This document shows, piece by piece, positions 47,256 through 60,908 of a DNA stretch of 64,000 nt. Numbering within the stretch: position 1 is the stretch's first letter; each line of letters begins with the position of its first letter. Below the pieces are notes generated by a model that saw only the letters and a list, made by a program, of their open reading frames with translations, ran no database searches and was not told where the DNA came from. This DNA comes from Schmidtea polychroa (lineage: Eukaryota). Where the stretch lies: assembly GCA_044892525.1 (NCBI GenBank), contig CM097885.1, forward strand, positions 74,524,001-74,588,000, given 5' to 3'. The position numbers and the translations under genes are program-made.

Positions 47256-48355
47256 GGATCATAAGTCAAATTTCCCCCCAGGGGGAAATTTGACCATTGA
47301 TTTTAATTAAATAAATTTTATTAATTTAATAAATTTAAAAATATTGATTGTATTTTTATAATTCCTATTTTTTAATCCTTTCAATGCAAAATTTTTACAC
47401 TGAAATACTGGAACAAATAATAGTTGGTAATGTTGATATCCAATATGAATTTTTGCTGAATATTGGCATTTTGAAACGAGAAATAAAATGTAATTACTGT
47501 AATGAAAGAATGAAGGTGAGGATTTGTAAAAGAGTAAAAGATGGTAGAGTTTTATTTTGTTCAAAGAAAGATTGTTCAAAATATAAAACTACAAAATCTG
47601 TTAGAACAGAAAGTTTTTTGGACAATTTTAACATCACCTTTAAGGATATTTTGAAAAATTTTTGGAAATTTTCTCAAGAAGTATGTTGTTCAACCTTTCT
47701 ATCGGAACTTGATTGTGCAGAAAAGGTATTATATAAATTATATGGAAAATTGCGTGGTTTATTCCATGATTATTATGTGGAAAATATTGAAATGATTGGT
47801 GGTCCTGGACATATTATTAATCTTGATGAATCAATGTTCAGGCATAAACCAAAATACCACAGAGGAAGAGCAACGGATCATGAGATCTGGGTGTTTGGAA
47901 TTGTGGATTCTAGTTATGTGCCTGCAAAAGGTCTAATGTTTGTTGTTCCTAATCGATCTTCTCAAACACTATTGCCTATTATACAACAACATGTAATTCC
48001 TGGATAAATTATTCACACCGACGAATGGCGTGCTTATAATAACATTTCTAATGCCGGATTTGAGTATCATACAATTAATCATAGTTTAATGTTTGTAAAT
48101 CATGAAACTGGAATACATACACAGTTTATTGAATCATATTGGGCGAAGCAAAAGCAACGTCAAAAAAACAATGAAGGGCATAAGAGGTAAAAAATTAAGT
48201 GAATATTTAGCGATGTTTAATTGGTGGGATAATGTTTGTCAAAAAAACTTTCAAAAAGTTATTGAATTAATTAAATTATTTAATTATTTATTATTCTTTT
48301 ATTGGGGGAAATTTGACCATTGATCAAAAAAGGGGGGAAATTTGACTTATGATCC
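47256..48355 (+). mobile_element. Merlin (IS1016/ISXO2-like) DNA transposon, complete ends, 1100 bp
   Basis: Perfect 24-bp TIR GGATCATAAGTCAAATTTCCCCCC (47256-79 and 48332-55); 8-bp TSD GAAGATAT (47248-55 and 48356-63). Confidence 0.92.
47380..48290 (+). pseudogene. Merlin transposase (ISXO2-type DDE), one stop and one frameshift
   Basis: GGPGHIINLDESMF, WVFGIV, PG*IIHTDEWRAY, INHS..FV..TGIHTQFIESYW. Confidence 0.88.
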
Positions 48356-49486
48356 GAAGATATAAATTTTGGGGAATCAAAAGAACACAAAGGAAGTGTC
48401 AGAGCAGAAGCTATGGGACTATCTATTTTTGATAACAAAATATTCTTTTGTTTTTCTGATGCTATTTCTACAAAAGCTGTTAGATAATATATTTGTGTTA
48501 TCAAACTATTTGCAACGAAAGGACATTGATATTGCGTTTGCAAAACAATTGATTTATGTTGCCAGAAATAAGTTTGCTGATATGAGAAGTGATAAAGCTT
48601 TTGAAAGTCTAAATGTTGCTGTAAAATCATTTATTATCAAAAATTGTTACTTACTAGATGTTGAAACAGAATTTAAAGAAAACCGAGTTGAAAAAGGAAA
48701 CGCACGGCAGGTGAACTTAACAGAGATGAAAGGGTTAATGATCCAACTACACGCTTCAAATGTGAAACGTATTTCACTGTCTTGGATACACTTGTAACAC
48801 AACTAGACGAACGTTTTAATGATTTTCATAACACTGTTGCTTTATTCTCCTGTCTTGATCCATCACAAATATCAGAAGAAAATAAAGAATCTTTTAAAAA
48901 TTTATGCGACATTTACAAAAATGATATTAATATTGAAGAAGCAATCCTAGAATATGATACTTTCAAATATGTGTATGCATCAATACGCCCATTACTATCT
49001 TGTGAACTACAACTTAAAGAGGTGCTGCCTTTCTTGGTTGAAAAACAGATGGCACCAGGACTTCCCAATTTGGCAATTCTCTATAAAGTATACTTGACTC
49101 TTCCTGTTACATCTGCTACTGCTTAAAGAAGTTTCAGTAGACTGAAAATCATCAAAAATTATTTGCGATCAACAATGACAAACGAACGTCTGTCTGGATT
49201 AGCATTAATTTCAATAGAACGCGAACTGGCTGAGAACATTGACTTTGAATCGACTATAAATCGTTTTGCTTCAATGAAATCACACAGGAAGCAATTTAAA
49301 TAATAAAAAAACTTGTATGTTTGTTACATCAATAAATTTACTGAATATAATACTTTTAATAATATTAGTATTCACTCAATACTCGCGAAAATAAGTAGTA
49401 CCATCTTCATAATTTGTGGCGCCCTCTGAAAATTTTCCTCGCCCCCCCCCACGCACCAGAATCTAAATCCACCACTGTCCGAAATG

Positions 49487-50930
49487 CTAGTACTTTCTTC
49501 GTTTACGGATCAGCTCGCATTCTACCTCGATCCTTCGTTCGATAAATTTGGGATGGTAGCTGACCACGAAATTTTCACATGTAGAGGCATTTTTATACAC
49601 AATTGACGAAACTACGTAAGTGCTTTCGTTAGCTTCTAAGACATCAGTAATGGGGAAATGAGAGACAGACATTTCATGGATTGGCTGCCCATCATATTCC
49701 AGTTTCCAATCGCTTCTGTGACGTTGCCGCCAGCTTGGGTCTTCCCGATCAATATCTCGTTTCATTTTCTTTGAGCGGTTAAAGCCCACAAAATCTCCTT
49801 CTACAAAAGGTTCCTCTTTTACTTTGAAAGCTTCAACAAGAGTTGGATTTGGTTCCTGGAAACTAATTTCCACTAGTTCGTAGCATCGTCGATTTGTTTC
49901 GATTGCATATCTTTGGGGATTGGAATGGTGATTGTGAATTCATCGTCATCATTATTACAAGTGGCATAATCTTCTTCGTCCGCCATGGTGATGTCTGGAG
50001 GGAATGGTAATGAATCCGTATCTCTGGAATGTTTTGGTTGATTTCCACTGGTGGAAGGTAAGCACTCAATAGTTTTCCTTTTCGAAGAATCTGAAATTGA
50101 ACGAGACTTTGACTTAGTTTTTGAATTCTGATCCTGTAATATTGGGGAAATGTCATCGATCCATTGTTCACGCAGTTTGATATATATTTGTCGAATAAGG
50201 TTTACGTCATCTTGTGCTTTTAGATCTGATTGGCGAGCTTCATCTTTCTCGAGTACAACTTTGCCTAAGAAAGCCAAACGATAATGACCATTGCAGGTTT
50301 TAAATCCGGAATCTCGAAGACACTTGGCTGCTCCCAGATCTCGCAAGCCCAAGGCCCGTTGTATTGGGAAATTTACTGATAATAAGAAATCATTCACTGC
50401 AAGGCCTACTATGATTTTCCCATCGCATATCTTGCTTACTCATTCTTGACAATCGACGCTATCATAATGACCAATAATTTGTTTCTCTGATATCCCGTGA
50501 GTATGGGATTGGTAGTGTTTGATGGGTTCTCGTGGGGTGACCACAGTGTTAATGGGTCCCCGTTGAATTTAAGGGTGGACACTGCAACTAATACCGATTG
50601 CAGGTGTTCTCTTGGCGTGGCATAATGCGCCGCCACAAAAATAGTGGTGGGTTACTGATGATCAATTATTTTGCTCTTTAGTGCTGTTTCCAGCGTAACC
50701 CAGAATACAACGATGGTCCTGCCAATTGATACCCGTTGAGCGATCAATGTTGGTAGTGTATCAACTGGGCGAGTGCTCGCAAAAAGTGAGCGCGTTACCC
50801 GCACTATAATTGTCGGGCACTCCTCTGGGTTCACGGACTGCCGATAGAAGGCTTGTGTCCGATTTTGCCTGGTCCCTATCCCTCTAACCACTTTGCTTGA
50901 TGGTTCGGCTCTTGTTATCGTCCGTTCCAT
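49487..50930 (-). pseudogene. Diverged paralogue of the retroelement accessory DEDDh-like ORF (relic of a related LTR family)
   Basis: TIFVAAH, ICDGKIIVG, PIQRALGLRDL, NGHYRLAFL, WIDDI, PSTS, EEDYATC, MEISFQ..VKEEP, EYDGQPI, YVVSS align with 7735-9806. Confidence 0.8.
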
Positions 50931-52246
50931 TAACTAATGATCTAATGGACCCTATGTCTAATATAGTCGTTGACCATACCGGTGTGCGACTGAGTGTGCC
51001 CGCTATTACCCATCGTTTTGCTTGTCGATTTTAGACCATCAGCATTCTTGTTGATCAGACCTTCTGTCTCAAACATCTTCACACCCATCCCTATTCACAT
51101 ACACCCATAACCATATACAATTGCATCAAGTTATTATAAGCGAACTACGCCTGTTCTATATGCGCCTCACGATTGGTTGTATTCATTGGCATAGTAATTC
51201 TTGTTACTGGTTAAAGCTTCCTATTGTTGGTATCTTCAAAAACTTTTCATATTTAATTTCTTAACTATCGGAATTTCCCTACGGGCAGATACCGAAACAA
51301 AAAATTACTTGAAAATTCAACTAAATTTTAAATTTAATTCTAATTAGTTTAACTATCGATCCTTTAATAACTGTTTCACTTTTTGAAAATAATAATATGG
51401 AAAGAAATTACTACACGATATGCTATGCAAATATTATTTATTAATTAGTAGGATTTTTGAAATGGTTGTATTAAAACTACAATTAAATTTTTAAAAAATT
51501 TTGTTATAACCAATGAAAGTTATATTCTGCTATGTACCCAAATGCCAATAAATTTAAAATTAAAATTTTGAATATATTCTGTTTTACGAAATATTTTTAT
51601 TGCTATTTTAAAAAGTTAATTTTAAATATATATAAAGTTAATTATAATATTAATTAATAAGAAATAAATTATCATTTTTAGAAGGGTATGATCTTTATCG
51701 ACAAACATGACTGGAATAGAGTAGAGAAATAACGTTAATAACGTTGAAGCTGACAAATGATTAGAAAATGAATGCGGAGTTTTAAATGAACAGCCTTATA
51801 CTAATGGTATTATAAAAGTTGAATGTATAATTATTATTATTATTTCTTTTAGGATGGGTATCCAAGAACTTCTCTATCGAAACTCGATGAATTAAAATCT
51901 CTGGTGGATGGAAACAATTATGCCAAGTTTTGGCAGAAGATTAATGACTATCTATGTTGTTATTTATTTGTCAGTTCATATAATAAGTTGATTTGATATT
52001 TATATGTATTTTATCCCGGTGTTGCTAGAATTGTATGACTGTATATTAATCGAGGATCGTTTACCTTTTTTTAAACAAACTCTAGCCGATTTTCCTTTTA
52101 TCATGTCGATCGAAATGGTTACCGTCATCGCCCTGGGAAAAAATAAGAACTTGATTTCGAAAATTTTTCATACATATAGTCTATATTAATAAATGTGATA
52201 TTATCATATAACCTAGGGGGTATTTAAGGAAAACGGGAATTTATAA

Positions 52247-52257
52247 TTTTGAAAATT

Positions 52258-52295
<38 letters not shown>

Positions 52296-52306
52296 AATTT
52301 TCAAAA
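52247..52306. repeat. Perfect palindrome centred on (TA)16
   Basis: TTTTGAAAATTTGA-(TA)n-TCAAATTTTCAAAA. Confidence 0.85.
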
Positions 52307-54299
52307 TCTATATATATCTATATACATGCCAATATACATGTAAAATAATTTGAATTAATGCATTTAGACAATAATGAATGGTTAGGTGATCTGAGGAATT
52401 ATTAAATTTGATAACTAAAACCCGTTCGTCACGCAGATTTTTCCTGTCATAATCACCCAGTATAAATAGAATGACGGTTACCACTTTGCCGATTTAAAAT
52501 GTCCAACGGGTGATAAAATGAACACAGCGAATCTTCTCAAGATATAATTATACTAGGAAAATCGTACCTTCAGAGTAGTTGATATGAGATTTTTAACCAA
52601 GATCCGGGTTTCGTGTCATAAGCTTAATTACACGGCCGAATGTCAATCTAGGTGACTCTGCATAAACACTAACACCCTCATTTTCACACGCAAAATTTAT
52701 TTCATTTTTCGACAAGCGGAAATTCATCCAATGTTAAGTACAATCGCAATGATTCCGTGAATCAGTCACTCGTATAAACACTCATCCAGTCGTTTTGTTT
52801 TCAAATGATAACTAATCGGGCTGAACGCAGCCAAACCGGATATGCAAGACATAAATAATTTCAGTACTGTTTAGAGATATGCAATGTCGACCTCAGGAGA
52901 ATCCGCATAGATTAAATTTGGCGAGACGATATCCTACACTGATAAATAAACATCCTGTCATATCACACTGAATCGGTGGGACTGAAATGTCCCGCTCCGT
53001 CCTATCGACATAAGCTTAGGGAACTTTTGACTAGATGTCCGATCACCTATATTCTCATCTGCTATTTATTAAATCACCTTATAACTCGTTTTCTAAATTT
53101 TCTAGCACATATCTGAACCAAATCTTTCGAAGTCTGGCCCAAGACCATGTTTCTCGTGTGCAGACAAAAATGCAACCATCCGACAATTAAAGGATAATCT
53201 CGGGGTTCTGAAGAAGCGTATCGACACACTAGAAGGCACGTGGTTCTCCCCATCACTCACGAAAGAGGCCAATAGAAAGATCTTGCGTTTGGAGCACTGT
53301 CGAGACAGTTTGCTCGAGGAGAGTAGGTGTCATCGCCTCACGATTAAGGCCCAGTCAGAGGCCCCCATCGCATTTACGCTGAAGCAGAGTCAACGAGTTC
53401 CAGATTATCGACAATTTAAACGTTTCCCCCATCCTACACCGTGACGAAACTAGCGTCCAGATCTGGTGAAATCATGGCCCTGAAATGTTCCTTTCAATTA
53501 CACCTGATCTTCTTGGGTACCAGTGTGCTAGCGACCCAACAATCTAATGCGACGACATCGCTGATAGCTCCTGTGGCTACCACCACCACTCAGCCAACTT
53601 CCCGGAAACGCAAGTCCCTCACTTGTGCCGAGCGCTCGAAGAAACGTCGGGATGAAATCGCAGTCATGGAAGCAACGTTATTTGCTGTCCCAGGCCAGGG
53701 AAGAAGATAATCCGGATTGAACAAAGCCTTGCCTTGTACCCGCTTCTAACACTATTGATTCCTGATCCACAATTGGAGATTGACATCACTGCTCTTTTGA
53801 ATGAACCTGAGGAATTCTAATTACAGGGCGCGTTGATAGACATCTAAGTAGTGTGTATGATTCGATTAGAAATTTTTTCGTTTTGTAATCTTATAGTCTT
53901 GCGTGAATATTCTGTGTAACTTGTTTGGTGTATTTAAATTTATAGGTGTCTTACCTGTAATGGTCTTAATACAATTTCATGTCGTGTATCATTGTTTGTC
54001 TCGACGGCGTCCATGGATGATAGAATATTTCGATCGAGCGGTCGCGGAAAGAAGAAAGAAAGTGATTCGGACACAACCTCAATTGGACCTGAGGTGAATC
54101 AGTATAACGACATGGTTTTATAAGGAAGATGTAAGTCCTTCTATCAGCATTCTAGAACCCGGAAGGAGAAGATCATAAAGAGTAGTCCTAAAACAGGGAC
54201 TCACCTGCTCATGAATTCCAACCCGTGTGTACATCACCAACATGATCAATATCATGGGTACACATGCGGCAGACAGATAATAATCATAATGGGCGTTTA

Positions 54300-55356
54300 G
54301 GATGGAGTCCTTCTAAACGGTAAATCGTCGTCCCTAGCAAACACCATCGTGACACACTCCTAAGCGCCCAACAGTAATAAGAATAAAATAAGTTCTATAA
54401 ATAGATTAAAAATATAAATAGTTTAAATAATATAAATAGTAATAAATAAATACAAATAATTATAAATAGTAATAAATAATTATCAATGAATAAATATAGT
54501 AATCTTAGTTATTAAATTAGAATTTTATACAAAAGAAAATATTTTTTAGCAACAAATGGACAATAAAAATTATAGCAACAGCTTGCAGGAAAGATGAATT
54601 GAGTAGATCAGCAAAGTGAGAATTACCAACAGCTGGAAAACAAATTAAATCTCGTAGAGTATTTAAAGTTAACCCCAGAAGAAAAATTGTAACATTTGCG
54701 GAAAACTAATTACGAACTGAGTGAGAATTGTACTAGAGAAAATCGTTATCAGAAAACTGTTTGAATTTTAAAAGGTAATTAGCGTTTATAGTTATTTTAC
54801 CTAACCAGAGGAACCACATTAAAAGCCATTTACCCAAAACAGAAATCAGTTACGGATTCTATCGATTAAACTAATTGTAACAGTTTTGAGCAAAGCTTAA
54901 AATATCATTGTTTGGGTAATTTCAACAACCGTTTTCAAGGGAAACTGCATTACTAGTTTGTAACATTTAAATATCAGAGGGTAGGTATCTAGGGAACGTT
55001 ACTACCACTTCTGGGTAGTAATCGATCGCGCTAAACTTTGGATATCCCTCGTCTATTACCTTCCATTGTTGGGTGGTGCTGTTGATCAATTAGGATCCTG
55101 TATTCGCCGTTTTAGAAATACCTGAGGACAGTTTGTATAGCCGATATATTTACTTCTGTTTTATCGCGAAAACCTTTTGGGTAACACGTTTTATATTTTT
55201 AAACTGTACAACACAAATCATATTTTGTATTTAAATATTTTATAAATAAAGTTTATTATCGAAAACGGGTTGTATTCTTATTCGTGAAATTAAAATATCT
55301 TTGGAGTCAGATCAAGAAAGCGTGTGTTAGTCGTATACCCATTTACGAACCTAACA
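54300..55356 (+). repeat. Degenerate LTR related to the main family (5' boundary uncertain)
   Basis: Ends ...TTGGAGTCA...GTGTTAG...CGAACCTAACA, resembling the main LTR end TTGGAGTCA...GTGTTAAG...CGATCTTAACA; AT-rich U3-like start; no PBS follows. Confidence 0.45.
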
Positions 55357-57287
55357 TAGCAACCGAATTACTTTTTAACGTGTCTCATATAAAACCAACA
55401 AGGGTATTATAAAAGCACATGAAGTCTCAAGTGACCATATGGGAAAGCCATGCAGTGGGGCATAATCATACAATTAATCTCTGTTTTCAGAAAAATATTT
55501 TCTGTCAAGATTTGACTAGTCGATATCACTCAGTTACGAATCACAGATGAGTCCGCTGAATGCAGTATTGTGATTTTTTAATTTTGTTGTCCATAAATGC
55601 TTGTCCATATTGCTTTATTTATTTAATTACAAAAAATCAATTATGAGATGTCTATAACTCAAATCTAGTGTTTGTTTATTTAAAAAATACACCCACTCAC
55701 CAACAATCACAAGATCCATCGATTCACCATGGAAACACTATACAATAAACGGAAGCACGACATCCAACCATCAATACACAACATCAAACAAATTGACCAT
55801 GAAAAATAAATCAATTATTTCCCAAGAAAAAAATAAAGTCTGTCAAATATTAAAAAAAAATATTGCAATTAAAATGAAGATTTATCATGACTAGATTCAA
55901 AAGTAATGATATCAGAAAAATGAACAGTGAAATATATTTCAAATCACATTTATTCTAATAAAATATTAATTTATTTTATTTATATTATCATTATTATTAT
56001 TTGTTGATAATCAATAAAATAGCTTTTAATCCATAATTAATATTTTATTAACTTCAGAACTAAACCAGCTGTTTTGGTGTCATGTGCTACTTTCTTTGTC
56101 TATTTTGTTTTTTTAAAGACACATTTTGTGTAATCAGTTAATTTTTCATTGATTTTTTTTGGTAGAATTATCAATATCTTTATTGGGCAAAAATTTATAA
56201 ATTCCTTTAATTAGTCGATATTGATATGTGTCGTGCGGGAGCTACCCACACAGAAAGCTAATAATCGGAAAAATAAAAGAGTATTAAATGTAACGTAGTA
56301 TAACATTTTATTAATTCCAAAATTATCTTCAACTCTTTGGATTTCTTCGGTTTGTTCAACTTCAGAAAGGATACCAAATGCTCCATAATACCTGTGTGGA
56401 TTGAAAGTGTTTGAATTTGAAATGTTCGAATAGTTTGAATTGTTAATGTTTATTGTAAATAAGCAACATAGAAATACTTTGATTAGAAATAATTGAATTG
56501 GAAATATCAGGATTCGAAATGTTTGAGTTTATTGTTAGTATGAATCAGATCGTTGTGATGACGATGAAGCATGTTCATTTTGATTGTAAATATCCAACTT
56601 TTGAAATATCTTTTAAATATCTTTTAAGTGTATTAATTTGTAATCTTTCAGTCGATAAACATAAATTATTCCATTTAAGGGAATAAATGATAATAGTGTC
56701 AAAATTACAAGGAATTTTTAATTTTATCACATGAGAATTTAATCGTAAGCCGATAACACAAATAGAATTGACTGAAGAATTTGGAATATTTTTGATATTG
56801 AAAAATCACAAACCGACCATTTAGCCTTTGTTCAATCAGATGACTTTAACAAACGAATAAAAAATGAAGTGAAAAAAACGAGTCGGCATCAAGAGTGATT
56901 GATGTTCAAAATTGAAACAGACGAATTTCATAATGACATGATAACTGCCTCCCAGTAAGAAGGGTCAGAGACAGGTTCGAAAGGGAAGGCTACTAGAGAT
57001 GATTTAGAAAATAAAAAGTAACAATGATTATGTCGAGGATGAGAAAATTAATGGAATCGAGAGTAACAGATACGTCTAAAATAATGACATCGTTAAAATA
57101 ATGACCCAAGTTAGTCAAATGTCACTGAGTGTGATGATACTATTTATTTATTTAATTGATTTGTTGATAATCAATAAAATAGCTTTTAATCAATAATTAA
57201 TATTTTTTTTAAAAAATGGCGTCATCAAATTTTATTTTTTAAATTTGATTCTAATTAGTTCTCTATAGTAAATAAATAACTATAGAG

Positions 57288-58205
57288 CAGGCCTGGGCAA
57301 ACTGCGGCTCGTATGCGGGTCATAACATAAATTTCTACAGCTCGGGAAATAATTTTTTTAATAAACAGCATGCGGTTCGAAGAACAATTCTGACCTTTGT
57401 CTATATACATATGCACTGCTAGTAACTTACTTCACTCACGAGTCAACACTTACATTAAATTAATATTTTGATTTTTTTCCTTTTATATTTAATTTTATTC
57501 TCTCAAAAGGTTTCGACATAAAAAGAAGGTTTAACGTTAATGCCACTACATTTTTAGTACTCTTTTTTTTATTTAAAAATATATGAAAATGACAGATCGT
57601 TAGAAAAAGTTCAAGATTTTTTTCCCACCCTAAATTACCTAACTAAAATTGACATTTAAATTTAAAACTGTTATTCTATCGACAAATACCGTCGCTTTTC
57701 TATTGTTTTTAATTAAGATATTTCACTGTTATCAAGAATTATCAATATTTAAATTTGATAAAAAATCAATACGATTAATATTTTGGATTATAAGTTACAA
57801 ATTTAAATTATTTACGGATATATAAAATATTTTTGAAAAAATAGCGAGGTGGTATTTTGTTGTGATTACCAATATTTTATCTCGGTAAAACAATTTATTT
57901 AATTTTATTAAAATAATTTAATAATTTGGTATTTTTCTAGGTGTAAATTTATTATGACTACAAAGCGAAGACTTAGTGAAGAAAATCGACAATACCAACA
58001 CAGATGGGAATATGATTATTTTTATGCTTTTCATAACAATAATTTGATGTTTAATTTGCAAAATTACAAGTAAAACCATCTAAAACTCAAATGTCCAAAG
58101 ACATTACTTAGAAAAACATTTAGAATATCAGAAATTTGTTGGAATACATCGCAAACACAAATTCCTATCGCTCAAAAATGCTCTGAATATTCAGAAGAAC
58201 CTATT
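57288..58205 (+). mobile_element. Charlie-type hAT left end with GTF2IRD2/EPM2AIP1-like transposase N-terminus relic
   Basis: CAGGCCTGGGCAAACTGCGGCTCG terminus; MTTKRRLSEENRQYQHRWEYDYF at ~57954. Confidence 0.6.
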
Positions 58206-58259
58206 ATCATGGTGGATGGTCCACGAAGACTAGCTTTACAAGTTGCTTTGTAACGTATA

Positions 58260-59750
58260 ATTTCTACAGACAATGGTTTTAACAGTGATACCAGTGAGGA
58301 AAGTGGCGAAGAAGATGACATCAGAAGTGAATCCTTGGATAAAAATGATGCTGCTATTTAAAAAGAGCCAAGTGATGGTAAAATATTTGAAGAGCAGAAT
58401 GACAGTGATAATGACAATGACGAATATGAAAATATGGCTCATGGTGAATTTGAAGGACAATGTGTGTATCCTAACGGCATTTTGTGAAAAAAAACCGTTC
58501 CAGTCTTGCTCGTAATGTAATTTAATTTTCGATCTGGTCCTGTCGTTCAACCTTAAACAGAATGTGAATTATTTTCTCCATTTATAAGTGAAACAATTTT
58601 ACGTAGTATTTTAAGATACACAAATATGAGAATGAGGGCCTTAAAGAAAAAACTTGTTAGTTGCAATGAACTCAAAGCAGGAATAGGTATACTTTTCAGA
58701 GCTGGTGCTGACCACAATAACATGTTGTCACTGTCGTCATTTTTTGACCCTGCGGATAACAAGCCATTCTATAGATGTGCTGGGTCACATAACCACTTGC
58801 AGCAATTCTTACGCCACGTCACTTTGGACAACAAGGTAAGGTGACAGGAACGAGATATGACTGATATACTTGCTGCAATTCGAGAAATAATGGAACTTCA
58901 ATATCAATTTACGTGCGGTCTATGTTCCAACAGACACACTAATAGTAGATGAACAGAATGTATGTAGATTCATGTCTGCAAAGTCAGCCAAATATGGAGT
59001 AAAAATCTTTTGGGTCTGTTACTCTATTAATGACTAAGCATTAAATTCATTCATTTACTTCGAACGTGATGTTGACAGAACAGGTGGACTTAGTCAGTCA
59101 AATGTTATTATGGATAGATACTTCACTTTTCAGTCTTTTTTTGAATTTATTGTCGAAAGGTTTGACAGCCACTGGCACAATATCATTTGTACGTCGAGAT
59201 GTGCCAACTGGTATGAAGACAAGTCATGGTCAAGAGGTGCTCGATTCACGCTTTCTTTGGGACGAGAACAGAATTATTTTGGTGTCAGATGTCCATAAAA
59301 AAGCCAAGAATGTTCTTTTTATGAGCTCTTCTCACACAGGAAATTATATATCAACTCGCGAGGACAAAAATCTACAAGTTATACTCGATTACAATATGGG
59401 AAAAGGTGAAGTAGATACATTGAACTCACGGATTGAGAACTTCACTTGTAGAAAAAAGACCAATCGCTATCCATTAATTTTTTTTTATATGTTGGACGTG
59501 GCCACAATGAATGGCTACTTGCTGAAGGGGATGGTGGATATCAGGAAACGTGCATGGAATACATAAATCAGCCGGTTGATGATCAAACAATCTATGGGGT
59601 GTACAACGATGCTTATGGTTTTCCACTCAAGCCACATATCATCTTTATTATCATCTTTATAGATTTTCGCTACATTTTCTTTGTAGAAAACAATATCAAA
59701 CAAAGTCGGATATAAAAAACGACATCGACTTATTTTTTGCTTCAAAAAAC
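58260..59750 (+). pseudogene. piggyBac (PGBD-like) transposase relic
   Basis: Acidic N-terminus; KSAKYGVKIFWV, GLTATGTI, YNMGKGEVDTL, RKKTNRYP, MLDVA..NGY. Confidence 0.8.
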
Positions 59751-60439
59751 AATGTTTTCTCGAATCAGGTGTCAATAAACTAATTGACAGGTCAAGAATG
59801 ATTGATAAAAAATATTAAGTGTTTTATTTTTGTAATTATTCAACTTGAAAATACAAAACACCTAATATTAATTACCTCGATTATTTAAATAATTATAATT
59901 TTTTTGATATTGCTTCTTAAATATATAACTTTTTAATGAGCTTAATTCAATCAAAAATTTCACGCAATCTCAAAGAAAGTAAATATTTTATGGCATTTTT
60001 ATTCAAATCATGCCAAAGATATGTTAAAAAATTAAACATGATGATATGATAAAAAAGAATCGAAGGAGGCTGAATACTGATTAAGAAATTTATTTCATTT
60101 TAAATTAAATATAACAAAACTATTTTAACAAATTTTAATAAATATCGTCATTGTCTAAAATTATTTTAAATGGTGAAGTTGAAAAAGAAATACAAATTTA
60201 AAAACTGAAATAAGTATAAATCTGTCATTTAAATTTTATAAATAACAAAATATAGATAGAATTCTGTATCATTTGTGGGTAATGCTCGCATCACTGGTAA
60301 GAGGGCGGTGCAGGCAATGCAAATCATCGGGTCATTTTTATATAATTAAATAATTTTAAAAATCTAAGTTTGTGACCATTTAAGTTTATGTTTCATGGAA
60401 TTTCATAAGTAATAAATAAGATAACTAAAACAAATGTTT

Positions 60440-60524
60440 TTTAAAAAATATCAGTTTGTAATTGCAAAGAGGGCCCGAACTGACGAATTGCATCGGGGGC
60501 CCAGCCTGGCTCTTGATGGCCCTG
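60440..60524 (-). mobile_element. hAT-like terminus fragment
   Basis: Minus strand begins CAGGGCCATCAAGAGCCAGGCTGGGCCCCC, with GGGCCC subterminal motifs. Confidence 0.35.
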
Positions 60525-60795
60525 AATGCTTGAAGGAATGGAAAAAGTAATTTTTCGGGAAATTTGCCCATATTACAACAATTTATATATTATATATTAA
60601 TTTTAATATAAATCAATTGATTATAATATACTTATTTACGAAATATTGTGTTTTCAGGTTTTAGCCTCAACCACTCATCCATTGTTTCTATTAATTTAAA
60701 TTGAGTGCAAACTTCTGATACTTCATTAGACATGTTTGAGTTGAATTTTTAGTTTTACATAGATTTTAATATTTTAATAGAAAATGAATTATATA

Positions 60796-60908
60796 CAGTA
60801 TGGGACAAAATAAATGTAATTTTTTAAAACTACTATAAAAAATGAATCAAAATTTATAAAAGAAGTAACTAAGTTTACAATAACCTTACCTGCATATTTT
60901 TAATATAT
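60796..60908 (+). mobile_element. Left end of the Tc1 element whose body lies at 5075-6419
   Basis: TA then CAGTATGGGACAAAATAAATGTAATTTTT, 113 bp upstream of the LTR; ends in ATAT (the TSD). Confidence 0.85.

Larger units (their letters stand above)
46254..49477 (+). mobile_element. hAT (ZMYM1-like) element, 5'-truncated, interrupted by Merlin
   Basis: FLAKQGLPFRGH, SLIVDSTIDIS, QAYDGAS, RFSDTRWAS, LPVTSATA*RSFSRLKIIKNYLRSTM dimerisation domain; right TIR ...TCTAAATCCACCACTG ends at 49477. Confidence 0.85.

Noticed and set aside
52340-52392. Ulp1 protease fragment (LDNNEWLGD)
   Set aside because: About 13 codons only, with no recognisable continuation.
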